Shown piece by piece: positions 25,296 through 38,725 of a DNA stretch of 64,000 nt. A program made the translations under genes and the position numbers. Positions within the stretch are counted from its first letter, which is position 1; every line of letters starts with the position of its first letter. The stretch spans positions 158,038,001-158,102,000 of the forward strand of contig JANJGN010000009.1 in NCBI GenBank assembly GCA_026770705.1, read 5' to 3'. The DNA comes from Isurus oxyrinchus. Taxonomy: Eukaryota. Below the pieces are notes generated by a model, which was given only the letters and a program-made list of their open reading frames with translations, searched no databases and was not told the origin of the DNA.

Positions 25296-25712
25296 GGTAG
25301 CACACTCATCTCTTGAGTTGTAAGATCTGGCCTCAAGTCCCACTCCAGGACTTGAGAATAACAATGAAGGCTGACAATGCAGTATTAAGGGTGTACTGTA
25401 ACATTGGAGGTGCTATCTTTTGAATGAGAAGTTAAACAAGGCACGGTCTTCCCTCTCAAGTAGACATAAAATATCCTGTGGTACTATTTCGATGAAGAAC
25501 AAGGGAGGCCAATATTTATCCTTCAAACAGTTTTACTAAAACTGCTCATCCAACCATTAATACATTCCTGTTTGTGGAAGCTTGCTGCACACAAATTGGT
25601 TGCTGCATTTCCTGCATTGCAACAATGACTGCATTTCAGAAGTGCTTAATTGGCTGTAAAGCACTTTGTAACCTCCTGATGTCATGAAAGTTGATACATA
25701 AACACAAGTCAG
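25296..25712 (+). mobile_element. Deu-domain SINE (SacSINE1-like), near full length
   Basis: tRNA-like head (ggtagcac...tcaagtcccactccag); Deu core (ggaggtgctatcttttgaatgagaagttaaac...gccaatatttatcc...gcttgctgcacacaaattggttgc); L2-type tail (ggctgtaaagcactttg). Confidence 0.78.
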
Positions 25713-26179
25713 TCTTTTTTTCACAATATAGTATAGGCTTGATGGACCAACTGGTCCTTTCTTGTCCATCATTTCTATGTTTACATGTTGCTTTACTTAT
25801 TGTTGTAGGACTGTCTATAAAAATGCACACCTGCAAAAGGTTTGGCTTGCTTAGAATGAAGAAATATGGAATGCAGTGTCTCATCTCATGTACTGTAAAG
25901 GCACCAGCTACTGCTACTTTTCTGGAAAGCATCCTTTACTACAATTGTAGTGGGAGTAGCTATAAGTTTAGAAATTCAATTATCCACAAAAATACCAACT
26001 CCTGTTATCCCATTTTTGGACTGATGCCAGATCTCAGCCCATGTATTACTTCTGATCAAGTGTATTTTGTAGTAAAGTAGATTTAAGGCACTGATCACCC
26101 TAAATCTTGAGTTGGTGCCTTTCTAAAGATGCATTCTAAGAGCATGAGTAGATAATAAACATGCAATATAGTCTGGTCA

Positions 26180-27274
26180 TAAAAACAAAAAAACTGCGGA
26201 TGCTGGAAATCCAAAAAAAAACCAGAATTACCTGGAAAAACTCAGCAGGTCTGGCAGCATCGGCGGAGAAGAAAAGAGTTGACGTTTCGAGTCCTCATGA
26301 CCCTTCGACAGAACTTGAGTGAATCCAAGAAAGGGGTGAAATATAAGCTAGTTTAAGTTGTGTTGGGGGGGGCGGTTTGGGTGGGGGGAGAGAGAGAAGT
26401 GGAGGAGGTTGGTGTGGTTGTAGGGACAAACAAGCAGTAATAGAAGCAGATCATCAAAAGATGTCACAAACAACAGAACAAAAGAACACATAGGTGTTAA
26501 AGTTGGTGATATTATCTAAACGAATGTGCTAATTAAGAATGGATGGTAGGGCACTCGAGGTATAGCTCTAGTGGGGGTGGGGGGAGCATAAAAGATTTAA
26601 AAATATTTTAAAATAATGGAAATAGGTTGGAAAAGAAAAATCTATATAATTTATTGGAAAAAAAACAAAAGGAAGGGGGAAACAGAAAGGGGGTGGGAAT
26701 GGAGGGAGCTCAAGACCTAAATGTAAACAGGGCGACCGCTTTGCAGAACACCTGCGGTCTGTCCGCAAGAATGACCAAACCTCCCTGTCGCTTGCCATTT
26801 TAACACTCCACCCTGCTCTCTTGCCCACATGTCTGTCCTTGGCTTGCTGCATTGTTCCAGTGAAGCCCAACGCAAACTGGAGGAACAACACCTCATCTTC
26901 CGACTAGGCACTTTACAGCCTTTCGGACTGAATATTGAATTCAACAACTTTAGGTCTTGAGCTCCCTCCATTCCCACCCCCTTTCTGTTTCCCCCTTCCT
27001 TTTGTTTTTTCCAATAAATTATATAGATTTTTCTTTTCCAACCTATTTCCATTATTTTTAAATATTTTTAAATCTTTTATGCTCCCCCCACCCCCACTAG
27101 AGCTATGCCTTGAGTGCCCTACCATCCATTCTTAATTAGCACATTTGTTTAGATAATATCACCAACTTTAACACCTATGTGTTCTTTTGTTCTGTTGTTT
27201 GTGACATCTTTTGATGATCTGCTTCTATTACTGCTTGTTTGTCCCTACAACCACACCAACCACCAACCCCCTCC

Positions 27275-27305
<31 letters not shown>

Positions 27306-27438
27306 CCCCACCCAAACCCCCCCCCCCCCCCCCCCCCCCCCCTCCCCAAACACACCTTAAACCAGCTTATATTTCACCCCTTTCTTGGACTCACTCAAGT
27401 TCTGTCAAAGGGTCATGAGGACTCGAAACGTCAACTCT
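26180..27438 (+). mobile_element. Young Penelope-like element (Poseidon-type): inverted pLTR, GIY-YIG C-terminus, pLTR
   Basis: 26275-26719 is the reverse complement of 26950-27438. The centre encodes GDRFAEHLRSVRKND-LPVACHFN...RKLEEQHLIFRLGTLQPFGLNIEFNNFRS*. TSD tatagtctggtca (26167-26179) / tatagtccagtca (27439-27451). Confidence 0.92.
26277..26315 (-). ncRNA. Minimal type I hammerhead-like motif with CUGUCGA core
   Basis: Reverse complement: AGUU CUGUCGA A GGGUC-augag-GACUC GAA ACGU C AACU. Confidence 0.65.
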
Positions 27439-28984
27439 TATAGTCCAGTCACATGCTTTCAAAAACCAAAATACTTGCTACTGCTTATCTTTGCAAAACC
27501 CTCAGACTAAAGATGAAAAATTACAACTTAAGTTTGGCAGACAATCTTATTTAAAGTATAGTACATCAAGGTAGCTTGGTGACTGCTTTAAAGACTTGTG
27601 TTCCCTAAATAGTTTTAAAGCATCCAGTTAAATATTAAGCAATAGATGCAGTGTTTAAAGCAGTGTAATTAATTAGCATTGAGGGCTGATGTGACCAAGT
27701 GTTGATTATCATAAATTTGCATTGATTTTTTTTAAACTGTAGATCTAGCTGATGGTTGGGGAATAGACAATACTATAGCCAAAAGACAGCAAATTCATTG
27801 ATTTAGAAACTGCCTCTCTGTTACCATCAGTAAGGGCTAAAGTAAGATCCTGTCCACTACACCTTCCAATAAACATTAATGGCAGCCTAGAAGAACAGTA
27901 TCCACTAACATCTAGTTCCACACATGTTCCATTCAATGTGTTTTATAGTGAATGTATCAACACACATTTTGAATTAATGGATGGGTATGGCTCTACATTG
28001 CTTTTCTGGATATGTTGACTTTGCTTAGAGCAGGTCAATAACCGGTTGTGTACAGGCAAGGGAAGTGAAGTTGAGAGGAAACATTTACTGTGCATTCTTT
28101 AAAGTGATCTTCCAGGTTCCGTTATTTCCACCACTCTTTTGAGTATAGGTATAATAAAAACCATGCGAGTGTTACTGTGATGGTGCACCCCTGTAGCAGA
28201 TCCCAGTTATATCATAATACAACACTGATACAGAGATTTAAAAATATAGACAAAGGCCATACAGAAAAACTTTACCAAACAAATGTGCCTTATACAATGC
28301 ATGTTGTTGTTCTCCGCTTTTCCTGTTCCTGGCTTTTCACATGAGCGCACCTAACCAAGAGAGAGAAAAATCCCTCAAGTATTTCAATTACGCTTACAAA
28401 GGTCAGTGACTGTGGAGCCACAAAAATGGGAGCGGCTGCATATCTTGCTGCTGTGTAGACGGCATAATGAATAGGAGGAAGCCCTGGACTGAGCTTTCTT
28501 TGTTTTGTTTACTGGCACATGTGAACAATTTTTTAGGAAGTGCCAAACAGAAATGTGATGCTATAATGACAAGTTTAAAAAGAATAAAAAATAGTAAGCA
28601 CTAATATATTCTGAATCTGAATATAGTGAGCTTGAGTTCCCAAGGAGAGGCACTCTGGGTACAGTTGCTCTAGGTTTACAGATTCCTCCCCCGAAAAGTT
28701 TTTTGATTTGTATCGCAATAGTAGAAGAGCAGAGCATTCCATGCCGCACCTTCCCTGGTGAGCCTCTCAAGTTGAGCTTGGTTTTGTTCTCGTCCAAACC
28801 TTTTAATCTTCCTTTCAACATGTCTGGGTGAAGGTCTTGCCACTCTGATCTATTACATTACAATTCACAGCAGCTTCCTGAAATTAGTAGTGTTCAGTTT
28901 TATTTTAAATTTGTGCTTTAATTTTTATTTGTGTAGAAAGGGAATTAAGTAGTCATAGAATGAGAGTTCAAGAAGGAAAGAGCC

Positions 28985-29870
28985 AAGAGAATCCAAGTGG
29001 GAATGAGAGTAAAAGTGCATCTGGATCCAAGAAAAGCAAATTGGAGTATTTTCTTAATGAGAGACTATAAACTGTGAAGAAGAAGAAAAAGGATTTGGGT
29101 GTCCATATGAACTGATCACTGAAATCTAGCACACGGGTACAAAACGCTAATGGAATGTTGGCTTGTATCTCGAGATGGCAGTTGGATTGCAAAATTAAGA
29201 AAATTATGTTTCATTGAGTAGAACCTTGATCAAATCCCCAGGGTACTGTGTTCAATTTTGGACACCAAACCTCACAAAAGACATATTAGCATCCTTGGAG
29301 GATACTCCAGGGCTTAAAGGTATAAAGGTATAAAAAACCAGGTTGCAAAAACTTGCTTCATATTCTGAGTTTATATAGTTGAGGGATAAGCTAATTGAGG
29401 TCCTTAAATGGTATTGGGATTCAATAGGGTACCAACAGAGAAACTATTTCCTCTGATGTGGGAATCCAGCATAGTGTTAAAATTAGAGCTAAGCCATTTA
29501 GGAGTGAAATCAGGAAGCATGTTTTTTACCCAAAAGGGGCATAGTGGAAACCTGGAACTCCCTTTCCCTTCACACTCTTCCCCACTCTAAAACTCAGTGG
29601 TCGGTCAAACGAAATTTTCAAAACTGAGATAGGTGAATTTTTGTTAGGTAAGAATATAGAGAGATTATAAGAACTAAGAGTATGCAATTCAGCCCCTCAA
29701 GCCTGCCCCGCCATTCATTGCGATCGTGGCTGATCTCATTTCAGCCTTGACTCCGATTTCCTGTCCTCTCCCCATAACCTTCCAACCCATTACAAATTAT
29801 AAGATATGGTTAATGGAAGCAAAATGGAGTTGAGGGAACAATTATCTAAGATGTAATTGAATGATGCATC
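28985..29870 (+). mobile_element. Degenerate CR1 LINE, with a short minus-strand CR1 tail at ~29665-29800
   Basis: DLGV, ANGMLA, YCVQFWTP, EKLFPL remnants. Confidence 0.7.
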
Positions 29871-29899
29871 AGCGCTGTATCACTAGGCTGAATGTTCCG

Positions 29900-30632
29900 A
29901 TAGACTCAGATGTCTACAACACAAAAGGAGGCCATTTGGCTCATCGTGTCCGCACTGGTCAACAAAGATCTGACTATACTAATCCCATTTTCCAGCGCTT
30001 GGCCCACAGCCCTGGAAGCTATAGCAATGCAAGTGAATATCTAAATACTTCTTAAATGTTATGAGAGTTTCTGACTCAACCACCCTTTCAGGCAGTGAGT
30101 TCCAGACTCCCACCACCCTCTGGGTGAAACAATTTCTCCTCAACTTCCCTCTTAGCCTTCTACCTCTTACCTTAAATCTATGCCCCCTGGTTATTGACCC
30201 CTCTACTAATGGAAAAAGTGCCTTCCTATCCACCCTATCTATGCCCCTCATAGTCTTATACACCTCTATCAAGCCTCCTCTCAACCTTGGTTGCTCAAAG
30301 GAAAACAACCTCAGCCTATCCAACCTTTCCTCATAGCTTAGACCCTCCAGCCCGGGTAGCATCCTGGTAAATCTCCTCTGAACCCTCTCCAATGCAATCA
30401 CATCCTTCCTATAATGTGGTGACCAAAACTGCACGCAGTACTCCAGCCGTGACCTAACCCAGCATTTTATACGGTTACAGCATAACCTCCTTGTTCTTGT
30501 ATCCTATGCATCTTCTAATAAAGGCAAGTATCCCATATGCCGCCTTAATCATCTTATCTACCTGCCCTGCTACTTTCAGGGATCTATTGATATGCACACC
30601 AAGGTCCCTCTGAGCTTCAGTACTTTCCAGGG
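29900..30632 (-). mobile_element. CR1 LINE 3' part, relatively well preserved
   Basis: ORF 29979..30434: QFWSPHYRKDVIALERVQRRFTRMLPGLEGLSYEERLDRL...TRGHRFKV...FTQRVVGVWNSLP. Confidence 0.92.
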
Positions 30633-30646
30633 TCCTATCTTCTTAT

Positions 30647-30818
30647 CACAAAACAAAAACAGAATTACCTGGAAAAACTCAGCAGGTCTGGCAGCATCGG
30701 CGGAGAAGAACAAAGTTGATGTTTCGAGTCCTCATGACTCTTCAACAAAACTGAGTAAAACTAGGAGAGGGGTGAAATATAAGCTGGTTCATCCGCAGTT
30801 TTTTGTTTTTATTTTTGT
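30647..30818. mobile_element. Minimal Poseidon-type Penelope pLTR fold-back insertion
   Basis: Same pLTR sequence as 26180. Exact 14-bp TSD tcctatcttcttat (30633-30646 / 30819-30832). Damaged hammerhead at 30714-30752(-). Confidence 0.88.
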
Positions 30819-31118
30819 TCCTATCTTCTTATGTTTTCCACCGATAGAAATTACTCGTCAAAAAGTTAGTTTGTTTCTAAGCTGGGTGTGGCACTCCAAA
30901 AACACCAATAAAAAGAAAATGATGAATTTCAGTGTAGATGGGATAGATTTTGTGAAGACATTTTTGTTGACAAAACCCCAATTTGAAGGAAGTGACAAAC
31001 TGAGTTTAGTTCAATGCCATGCAACTATTTTCAGCAAGGTATAATTCATACCTGCCCTTTTCTCTCTGGCTGCTGCAGATCAGTCATCTTCATTGCCAGG
31101 CAGATGTCAGTGTTTTAG

Positions 31119-31560
31119 CTGTACTGGAACAGTTTGGCTAGGGGTTGGGCTAATTCCAGAGCATGAGACTTCAGTACTGTTACCAAAATGTTTTCGGGGC
31201 CCATTGCCTTTGCAGTATCCAGTGCCTTCAGCAGTTTCTTGATATCACGTGGAGTGAATCGAATTGGCTGAAGCCAGGCATCTGTGATGCAGTGGTCCTC
31301 AGGAGGAGGCCGAGATGGATCATCCACTTGGAACTTCTGGCTGAAGATGGTCGTAAATGCTTCACCCTTTTGCACTGACGTGCTGGGCCCCCTCGTCATT
31401 GAGGATGGGGATATCTGTGGAACCGCCTCCTCCTCCTGTTAGTTGTTTAACTGTCCACCACCATTCACCTGGCAGGACTGCAGAGCTTAGATCTGACCTG
31501 TTGATTCTGGGATCACTTAGCTCTGTTTATCACGTGCTGCTTCCACTGTTGTATCGCAGC
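31119..31560 (-). mobile_element. CR1/L2-group LINE internal ORF2 fragment
   Basis: ORF 31115..31399: IRFTPRDIKKLLKALDTAKAMGPENI--VLKS-A-ELAQPLAKLFQYS, the pre-RT region. Confidence 0.85.
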
Positions 31561-32259
31561 CTATTGATTAATTTATTCAGTATCTCAATCTAAACAAAAA
31601 CCTATATTGGACATTAAATTTTAAAAAAAGGAAATGCTTGGCATCAGGCTGCGTTCTTTAGTATTAAAAATCAGATAACTGTGAAATATGTTATCCTTGG
31701 ATTAGCAGTTTATATTGAAGTGCGTCACTTTGAATAATAACTGAATGTAGCTGGAGAGAATAAGAAGGAATTAATGCTTTAGAATTCTGCAATGTTGGAA
31801 TGAACCTGAAAATCCATTATAGAAAATGCATTCCTTGCCTAACCCAAATTCTTCTGCGCATGATTGCTTACTACCGAACATGAAAAATTAACTAATGGAA
31901 ATTAATGATTTGCAGTCTTTCTCAGTTTCATATTTCCTCTTGTCCCTTGTAGTTCTGTTAATTAGTTGGAATGAAAGCAGTGGCAGTAAAATTCATGTTT
32001 GTACGAGTCTTATTTGTAAATATAAAATAATATGCAGAATGCTCTTATCTTGTGAATGCTAAGACCCCTCTCCATATTTAATTTACTGTTTTACTATTGC
32101 AGGTATTGTAGAGGAACCCTACAGACATTCAGTTCATGGTTCTATTCATAAGATCCAAAACTAAATTGGATATGTTTTGATAGCTGATAAAGGGTACTAC
32201 CATATTTATAGTGTATTTTTAACTTGCTCTTTCTCTATTGCTTTTACCTTTAGAAGCTA

Positions 32260-35200
32260 TGTGAGGGGACTTATAGATATCCTCTTGGCTATTTCTAAAA
32301 TTTTTAAAACTGGACAAAGACCTTTTAAAATGGCTGAAGGTATTTCTGCTGTGACACGTGAACAAAAGGGACTACCATGGTAGTATCGCAGAAACTTGCA
32401 CCTCATTGTCTCTTAAGAGACACCAATCCCTGTGGGATGCTGACCAAATTCAAAGAAAACTATACCAAGGGCAATTTGCATTTCATAAGCCAGGCTGATT
32501 AACCGGAGTCTGCTCATCACTAGGACAAAGGGCCTTACAACTTTCCTTTCAAGTCTTTAATGTTTGGAAAGTTTAACCATCCCAGGGACCTGGACAAGCG
32601 ATACAATCACTTGTCAAAGACAATGTAGAGAGGTGGGAATCACGATGTGAATCTCTAGCTGGAGGAACCAGTCATAGTGCCTTGCTGTACTGAAAACTTA
32701 GTCTGCCTTTTTTACCATCTAACTAGCTTTATCATAGAAAAGGGGCTCTGCCCAGATGGAATACCTGGCCTCCATTGGCACAGTTTCTACTGGAACTTCT
32801 GTCCCATCGCCTACAAGACTGATTCATCTCTGCGTGCTTATCTCATTGTGTGAAGTCAACTCCACTGGAAAAGTGAATTATACAAAATCAGCTATTAGCC
32901 TGCCAAAGGACTACGTTATTGGACTTTGATGCTGGACTCTGGAACCCACGTGAAACACCATGTCTTTCCTCTGTGGTCTCTGCACTGTAAATCTTTTCTC
33001 TATCCCTCTTTTACTGTATGAATGCAAAGGGGGAAACGTTGCGACCCCACTCCAATGTTTGAATGTGTGCAAATAAACTAACCCTTCGAGTTCATCCTAT
33101 CTCGAGTTTGCTGTGGGGTTATTAATAGAAAATTGGATCAAAGCTGAGGGGTTGGGAAATACATCACCAGCTAATGAGGGGGAAGCAAATCAAAATACCT
33201 TTCTGTTTACAGGTGGTAAGAGGAGAAAGTGGTGTGGTTTAAATTAACCCCCCACCCCCTCCTGCCCATTACAGAAATTGGGGGTCTGTGCAGGATCACC
33301 AATTTGAATTTGACCAGAGTCCAAGCAGACACAAGCCAAATCTGAGATAAAAGAGCCAATTGGAAACTAAAAGGGAAAAACATAAATTTTCAAACACTAA
33401 CTTACCACAGCAAATTCCTTTTTCCTAACACTAAGAAAACGACAACCTTTTGATGCCCGTAAGTAGTTCCAGCAAGGAAATTTGAACAGTGAAACTTTAG
33501 CGGTCCTTCGCACAGAGCAATTGAAAGCTGTAGCTAGGGAGGTGCAGTTAAAATTGCTTAGTAAAGTGAAGTGAACAGTTCGGATTGTTGTTGTTAGAAT
33601 ATTTTGAACTCCCATTACTGATAGTTGGATGTAGAGCCCATCCATGACTCCGAATCCCTTCCCTTAGCTATAATTGAGCTGGAAAAGCTCAGAATGCAGC
33701 TAGAACTTCAGGAGAGGGAAAGAGAAGTGCAGGAGAGGGAGAGAGAGAGCAAGGGAACAGGAGAAAGGGAGAGAGAATTCCAGCTTCAAAAATTGGAAAT
33801 GGAGCTAGCAGGTGAAAGGGGGGGGGAAGAGAGAGAGAGACCAAACAGCTGGAAGCTGTGAGGCAAAATCTCTCTGTACGCCGTAGTACCCCCCCCCATC
33901 TCTCTGAACCAAAACCACTTTCTTGAGGCCCTGCTAAACTCATTTCCAAATTTGAAGAGAGTGATGTGGAGTCTTTTTTTTTCTACTGTTGAGAAAATAG
34001 CGGGACGGCTAAAATGGCCATCGAACATCTGGACATTTTTAATTCCAGGGCAACAGTCAGGGAGAGCCTAGGAAGTCTACTTCAAGCTGACTCCTGATGT
34101 GTCCTTGATTTATGAGCAGACCAAGGCTGCCATTCTAAGTGCGTAAGAGTTAGTCACTGAGGCATACCGCCAGCAATTCCAGAGCGCTCATGAGAAGCCC
34201 ACACAAATCTACATCAAGTTTGAACAGCTGAAGCAAACTGCATTCCACCAATGCATAAGGTCCCAAAGAATCCCTCACACCTATGAGAGGTTGCATGAGT
34301 TGGTATTATTAGAGGAATTTAAAAATTGCTTACCCTGCAACCTGTGGACACGCTTGGAAGAGCAGAGAATCCTCAGAGCCTGGAATGCAGCTGTCACAGC
34401 AGACAGCTACAATCTCAACCAGAGGACTGGAAACTCAGGAAGACTCTTTCTAATGCCTGTGGGAATGTTTTTTAAAGATATGCAGGATGATCTAGATAGG
34501 AAAGGCCCCCCACCCACTAAAGAAAACACAAATGAGCGTGTGTGAAGCCCTGCTGCGGCCACAAAGGAGAACCCCCAGAGACCAGTGTGTTGTTATTGCA
34601 ATAAAATAGGCAATTCCAGATCTGAGTGTTGGAGATTGCAAGGGAAGCTCGTAGGTCTAAAAGGGTTCCATATGAGTAGTCTCCCGACGGATGCCGCAAT
34701 GGGTAGTGCAGCAGAGCAGACAGAGACTCTCACTATAGAAATTAAGCCTGCCTTTGGAGGACATGGCACTATGTGTGTCTGAGCCAGACAAACTCCCAGA
34801 GAGCTTCTGGAGTTTAGTCCTTTCAGGAACAGTGTCTCCCTACCCGTACCAAAATGTGAGCAAGTCCTTTGCACTGCTCCAGGACGTAGGGGCCACTCAG
34901 TCCTTAAATGTTAGAGGGAAACCTAAACTAAACCTACCCTCCCTTCACCGTACCCCGCCCCCTGAAGGCCAAAGCTCTGATCAGTGGAGTGAGAGGAGGA
35001 TCTGTGTTTGCACCCCTATACAAGGTCTACCCAAAGTGTGACCTCATTTCAGGCTGTGTCATGGCAGGAATCATCCCTGAACTACCAGTAGCAGGAATTG
35101 ATTTCCTCCTTGGAAATGATTTGGCTGGCAGCAAGGTGTTGGCCGGCGAAAGAAATGAGGCCCACGTCAGCGAGCAAAAATCTGGGGAAAGTTCAGAGGC

Positions 35201-35377
35201 CCAAAAGGGTTAAATAGCACCCATAAACATTGAATCTAAAATAGATTGTGTATTCCAAAAAAGTCCTAGAACAGGGAAGGAGATAGTGAGGGAGAAAAAC
35301 ACTTTTTTCTGTTTATAGTCAGGTGGTGAGAGGAGAAGTTAGTGCAGTTTAAATTAATCCCCCTCCTGTTTGTAACA
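32260..35377 (+). mobile_element. Gmr1-like Gypsy LTR retrotransposon, internally deleted (5' LTR, gag, protease, 3' LTR end)
   Basis: Exact TSD GCTA (32256-32259 / 35378-35381). 5' LTR TG...CA at 32260-33273. PBS at 33279-33296 matches the tRNA-Pro PBS at 13/18. Gag coiled coil, PKFEESDVESFF...WP...EAYRQQF...LVLLEEFKNCLP (SCAN-like). Knuckle CYCNKIGNSRSEC. Protease LLQDVGATQSL...FLLGNDLAG. 35285-35377 repeats 33175-33273. Confidence 0.9.
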
Positions 35378-37344
35378 GCTAGCATGTAAAACAAGAGATT
35401 TGGAAGAGTTGCCTCAAAGGTGATTTTTTGCGGCAGGAACACTCAATTGGACGGTAGATGACCACTCTGGCTGTAATTGCAAGTTTATTCCCCCACTGGG
35501 ATCAGTATTCCAGGTGGTTATGAGCTCGAGTGAAAGCATTTGTTGCTGGCTGAAACTCACTATGAAGTGCAAATTTCTGGCTCATTAGCTTTCCTTCATA
35601 ATTTACAGCCTTGTAATTGTGCCCACTGGAATTTATATGGATTTTATTTGTCCTGGAATATTACTATGCTTTTAGTTTTTGGCTCATGCAAGAATGCATT
35701 TTTTTTTTAAATGCCATAATCTGATAAATTCAGCCAAAGCCCTGAATTATTTTCCATTATCAAATTCCAGTACCCTGCTATTTTATTTTAAAAAGCATTG
35801 CCTAAAGTTTTAGAATTTTTTCCACTTTATTTTCATCTCTCAATTATTTAGCAAGAATCCGTAGTGCTGAATCAAGGGTTCAAGCATATTCAACGTGTGT
35901 ATAATGCTGGGAATTTTGGAACTGTTTGGATAAGGACATTGTGTAGAGACTAAACTGCTGTTCATTATCTTTTCAACATTAGGCATTAAACTGATATCTG
36001 TACTGAAGAGATACAGCTCTGCAGTGAAAATTACTCCATCTATATTGTGGGGCAGTTGCTATAGCACCAGGAACCACACCTAAATAACTTTGTGCATATG
36101 CTTTCCCTGTACAGAGTAAGTTTGAGTACTCAGCACACCTTGACCAAATAAGTTGGCAATAACTAACAGCAATTACTCACCTTGCCCTCTGGAGTGACGA
36201 ATTTGTCAATGGGTATGATCTAACCCAGTTTCAACAAAGATTCCACCCAAAACTTCTATGTTCTCTTCTCCACAAGTTGCTGAGTGTTTCCAGCGTTCTC
36301 TGTTTCATGTTTAGATTTGTAGTATCTACAGTATTTTGCATTTTGTTCAATAAGTTAAAATCAATTATTTTCATGACCACCTCCAATGGGAAAGCTTATT
36401 AAACTTGCTACTGATAGTGTAGCTGCTACCAGCAGCAATAAATTATTAACCCCAAAAATTTCCAACTAATGGGAGAAGGTGAAGCAGCCAGATATAGTCA
36501 TAAATAGTGAAGACAATAAACTTGTCTGTGCACATTTTTTGTTTTATGCTAATATCAAATCCACCCTACAACATAAAGGGTGCAAGTTTCAAGCAAGAAT
36601 TCAGCTGGCAATGCAGATCCTGTGTTGCACAACATAAGCATATAGATGGTTATAACAGAATCCCGAGAAGATTGAAGCTATCATAATTAGCATTCTGTTG
36701 AACACCATTTTCATTGTTTTTTTGAAGAGGAAGGGTTGGAATATGTGATACAGGTGCTTTCAGTGTTCTAGTGTTAATTCTAATCACAGCAAATAGTCAG
36801 CGGGAGGCAGTGAGGAGGGTCAGCTACGAAAACTTTAGGTGATGAGGCCACATGAAGATGCAGAGATTGAAACTATTATTTGGGGGACAAATAATCAGTA
36901 TGAAGCAGAATAAAACTGAAGCGTGGTGCAAGTCTGGACCCATTCAGCCCTGATTCAACTTCACTGACAATGATAAGGGTTGAGATAATATCTGCAATTA
37001 TCATCATATTTTCCAAGAAAACACAAAATTCTTTCTTTCTTTCCATCTTTCAAATTGTCCTGCAAAATTCTTGGAAGTTATTTTATGCACATCCTCTGGA
37101 GTATTCTTTTAAAAATAAAAGCAGTTATCAATGATGCTGCTCTTTTAAAAGGAAAAACTATGTTGCCTAAAATATGATTTTTGAAGTTATTTGTGTCATA
37201 CCCTACCTACCAAGCAGGCAGTGCAATGAAAAACCTTTACATTTCAGTAGCACTTTCTGGTTTGACATATTGAATATTTTATAACCAGCTGTTCTGGATA
37301 CTGCTAGCTTTATTTATCTTATAACAACTGTTTGTTTTTAATCT

Positions 37345-37895
37345 TGCCAGAAGGCACCACCTCTGCAGCAATCCTTATACATCACAAGCATCACCTTCCT
37401 AACCACTATCTGGGACTGAACCAACTTAATGTCCTTTCATGTCCATCAGCTTCCAACTCAAAATTCACCCCATCTCTGAAGCAACTTACTTCTACCTTTA
37501 GGACATTTCCTGTCTGCACAGTACCTCAGTCTGCTTGACACCAAAATCTTTATGACATTGTCACCTCCAGAGTCAGCTGTTCCATTGTTCTCCAAACCAG
37601 CCTCCCATTCCTCTACTATCCATAATCTTCAGCTCACCCAAAATTCTAATACTCAGTCCAAGTCCTATTCACCTGTCATCCTGTCTTTGGTAGTCTTCTT
37701 TGGTTCTCAGCCCCTAATGCCTCACAATTATAATTCTGCTTCTTTTGTTTAAATCCTTCTTGGCCTTACCTCATCGAGCCTATACTCCTCCATCCCCCAG
37801 ACTTTGTTCTGACTCCAGCTACTTGTTCATCACCATCCATTCCTCCTCTCCACTCCCCTCACTGGGAGCCATGCCTTCACCCAGCTGGGCCTCAC
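37345..37895 (+). mobile_element. L2 LINE fragment, old
   Basis: STIHNLQLTQNS remnant; parallels 12860-13540. Confidence 0.6.
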
Positions 37896-38637
37896 CGTTA
37901 TCAGTTTAGCCTTGGAAGGAATGTGTTGAGCAGTGGGCAGTGGTGACTGAGCATCTCTTGTGCCTTGATGTATTGTGAGTAAAAGTATTAGCTCCAATTC
38001 ATTATAACCTCTGTTTCTCTGCTTCAGCTACAAACTTATTTTTCCCTTCCTCCTACTAGATGCACTAGCAAATAAGCTGGTATACACTTTGGTGGTAAAC
38101 AGATGTATTTTACTCAGAAATGTTCCGACCTGCTCGTATTTCTAGTACACCCAGACAAATTATCTATTGGAAACTCAGATAAGTGATAGGAAATTTTAAA
38201 AAGATGTGAGGAAATATTGCTGTTTAATGGTGCTCCATCGAAAACCCCAACAAACTGGTTTATAAATGGTCAAATTTACCTGAAAGCAGGAAAGTCTAGA
38301 ATGTCAATGAATATTCTGTTCAAATTCCTATACTGTGTGCATCAATGCCGTACAATTACGCTTGCTTCTAAATCCAGATGTCTGATAGTGACTTTAACTG
38401 TACCTTAATTATGTTAAATATAATCTACATCTCACTTGCATACACTGAATACTTGCAGCCGAGGAACGAAACAAAAAGCAAAATTTTTTGAGAAATTCGG
38501 CAAATCTTTCACCAACCAAAGAGGCTAAAGTTTTGTTTGCATTTTTATTTTCTCTCTTGGATTCTTGATAGATAGCAAATATAAACAGTGCGCTCAAGCA
38601 TAATATGACAATTGGTGCATTGTATCTCATACTGATC

Positions 38638-38725
38638 AAGTTCTCATGAAAGGTCATCAACCTCTCTCTTCCCAGATGCTGCATGACCTGCTCAGTATTT
38701 CCAACATTTTCTGCCATTATTTCAT
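38638..38725 (+). mobile_element. Old Penelope pLTR remnant with a dead hammerhead
   Basis: agttctcatgaaaggtc...cagatgctgcatgacctgctcagtatttcc; core is CUCAUGA and the GAAA is lost. Confidence 0.55.

Noticed and set aside
25296-25350. tRNA gene
   Set aside because: Only a degenerate SINE head with no complete cloverleaf. No rRNA, tRNA or CRISPR arrays were seen anywhere in the window.
30592-31044. 150-aa ORF
   Set aside because: Runs through antisense CR1, a Penelope pLTR and unique DNA; no coherent domain.
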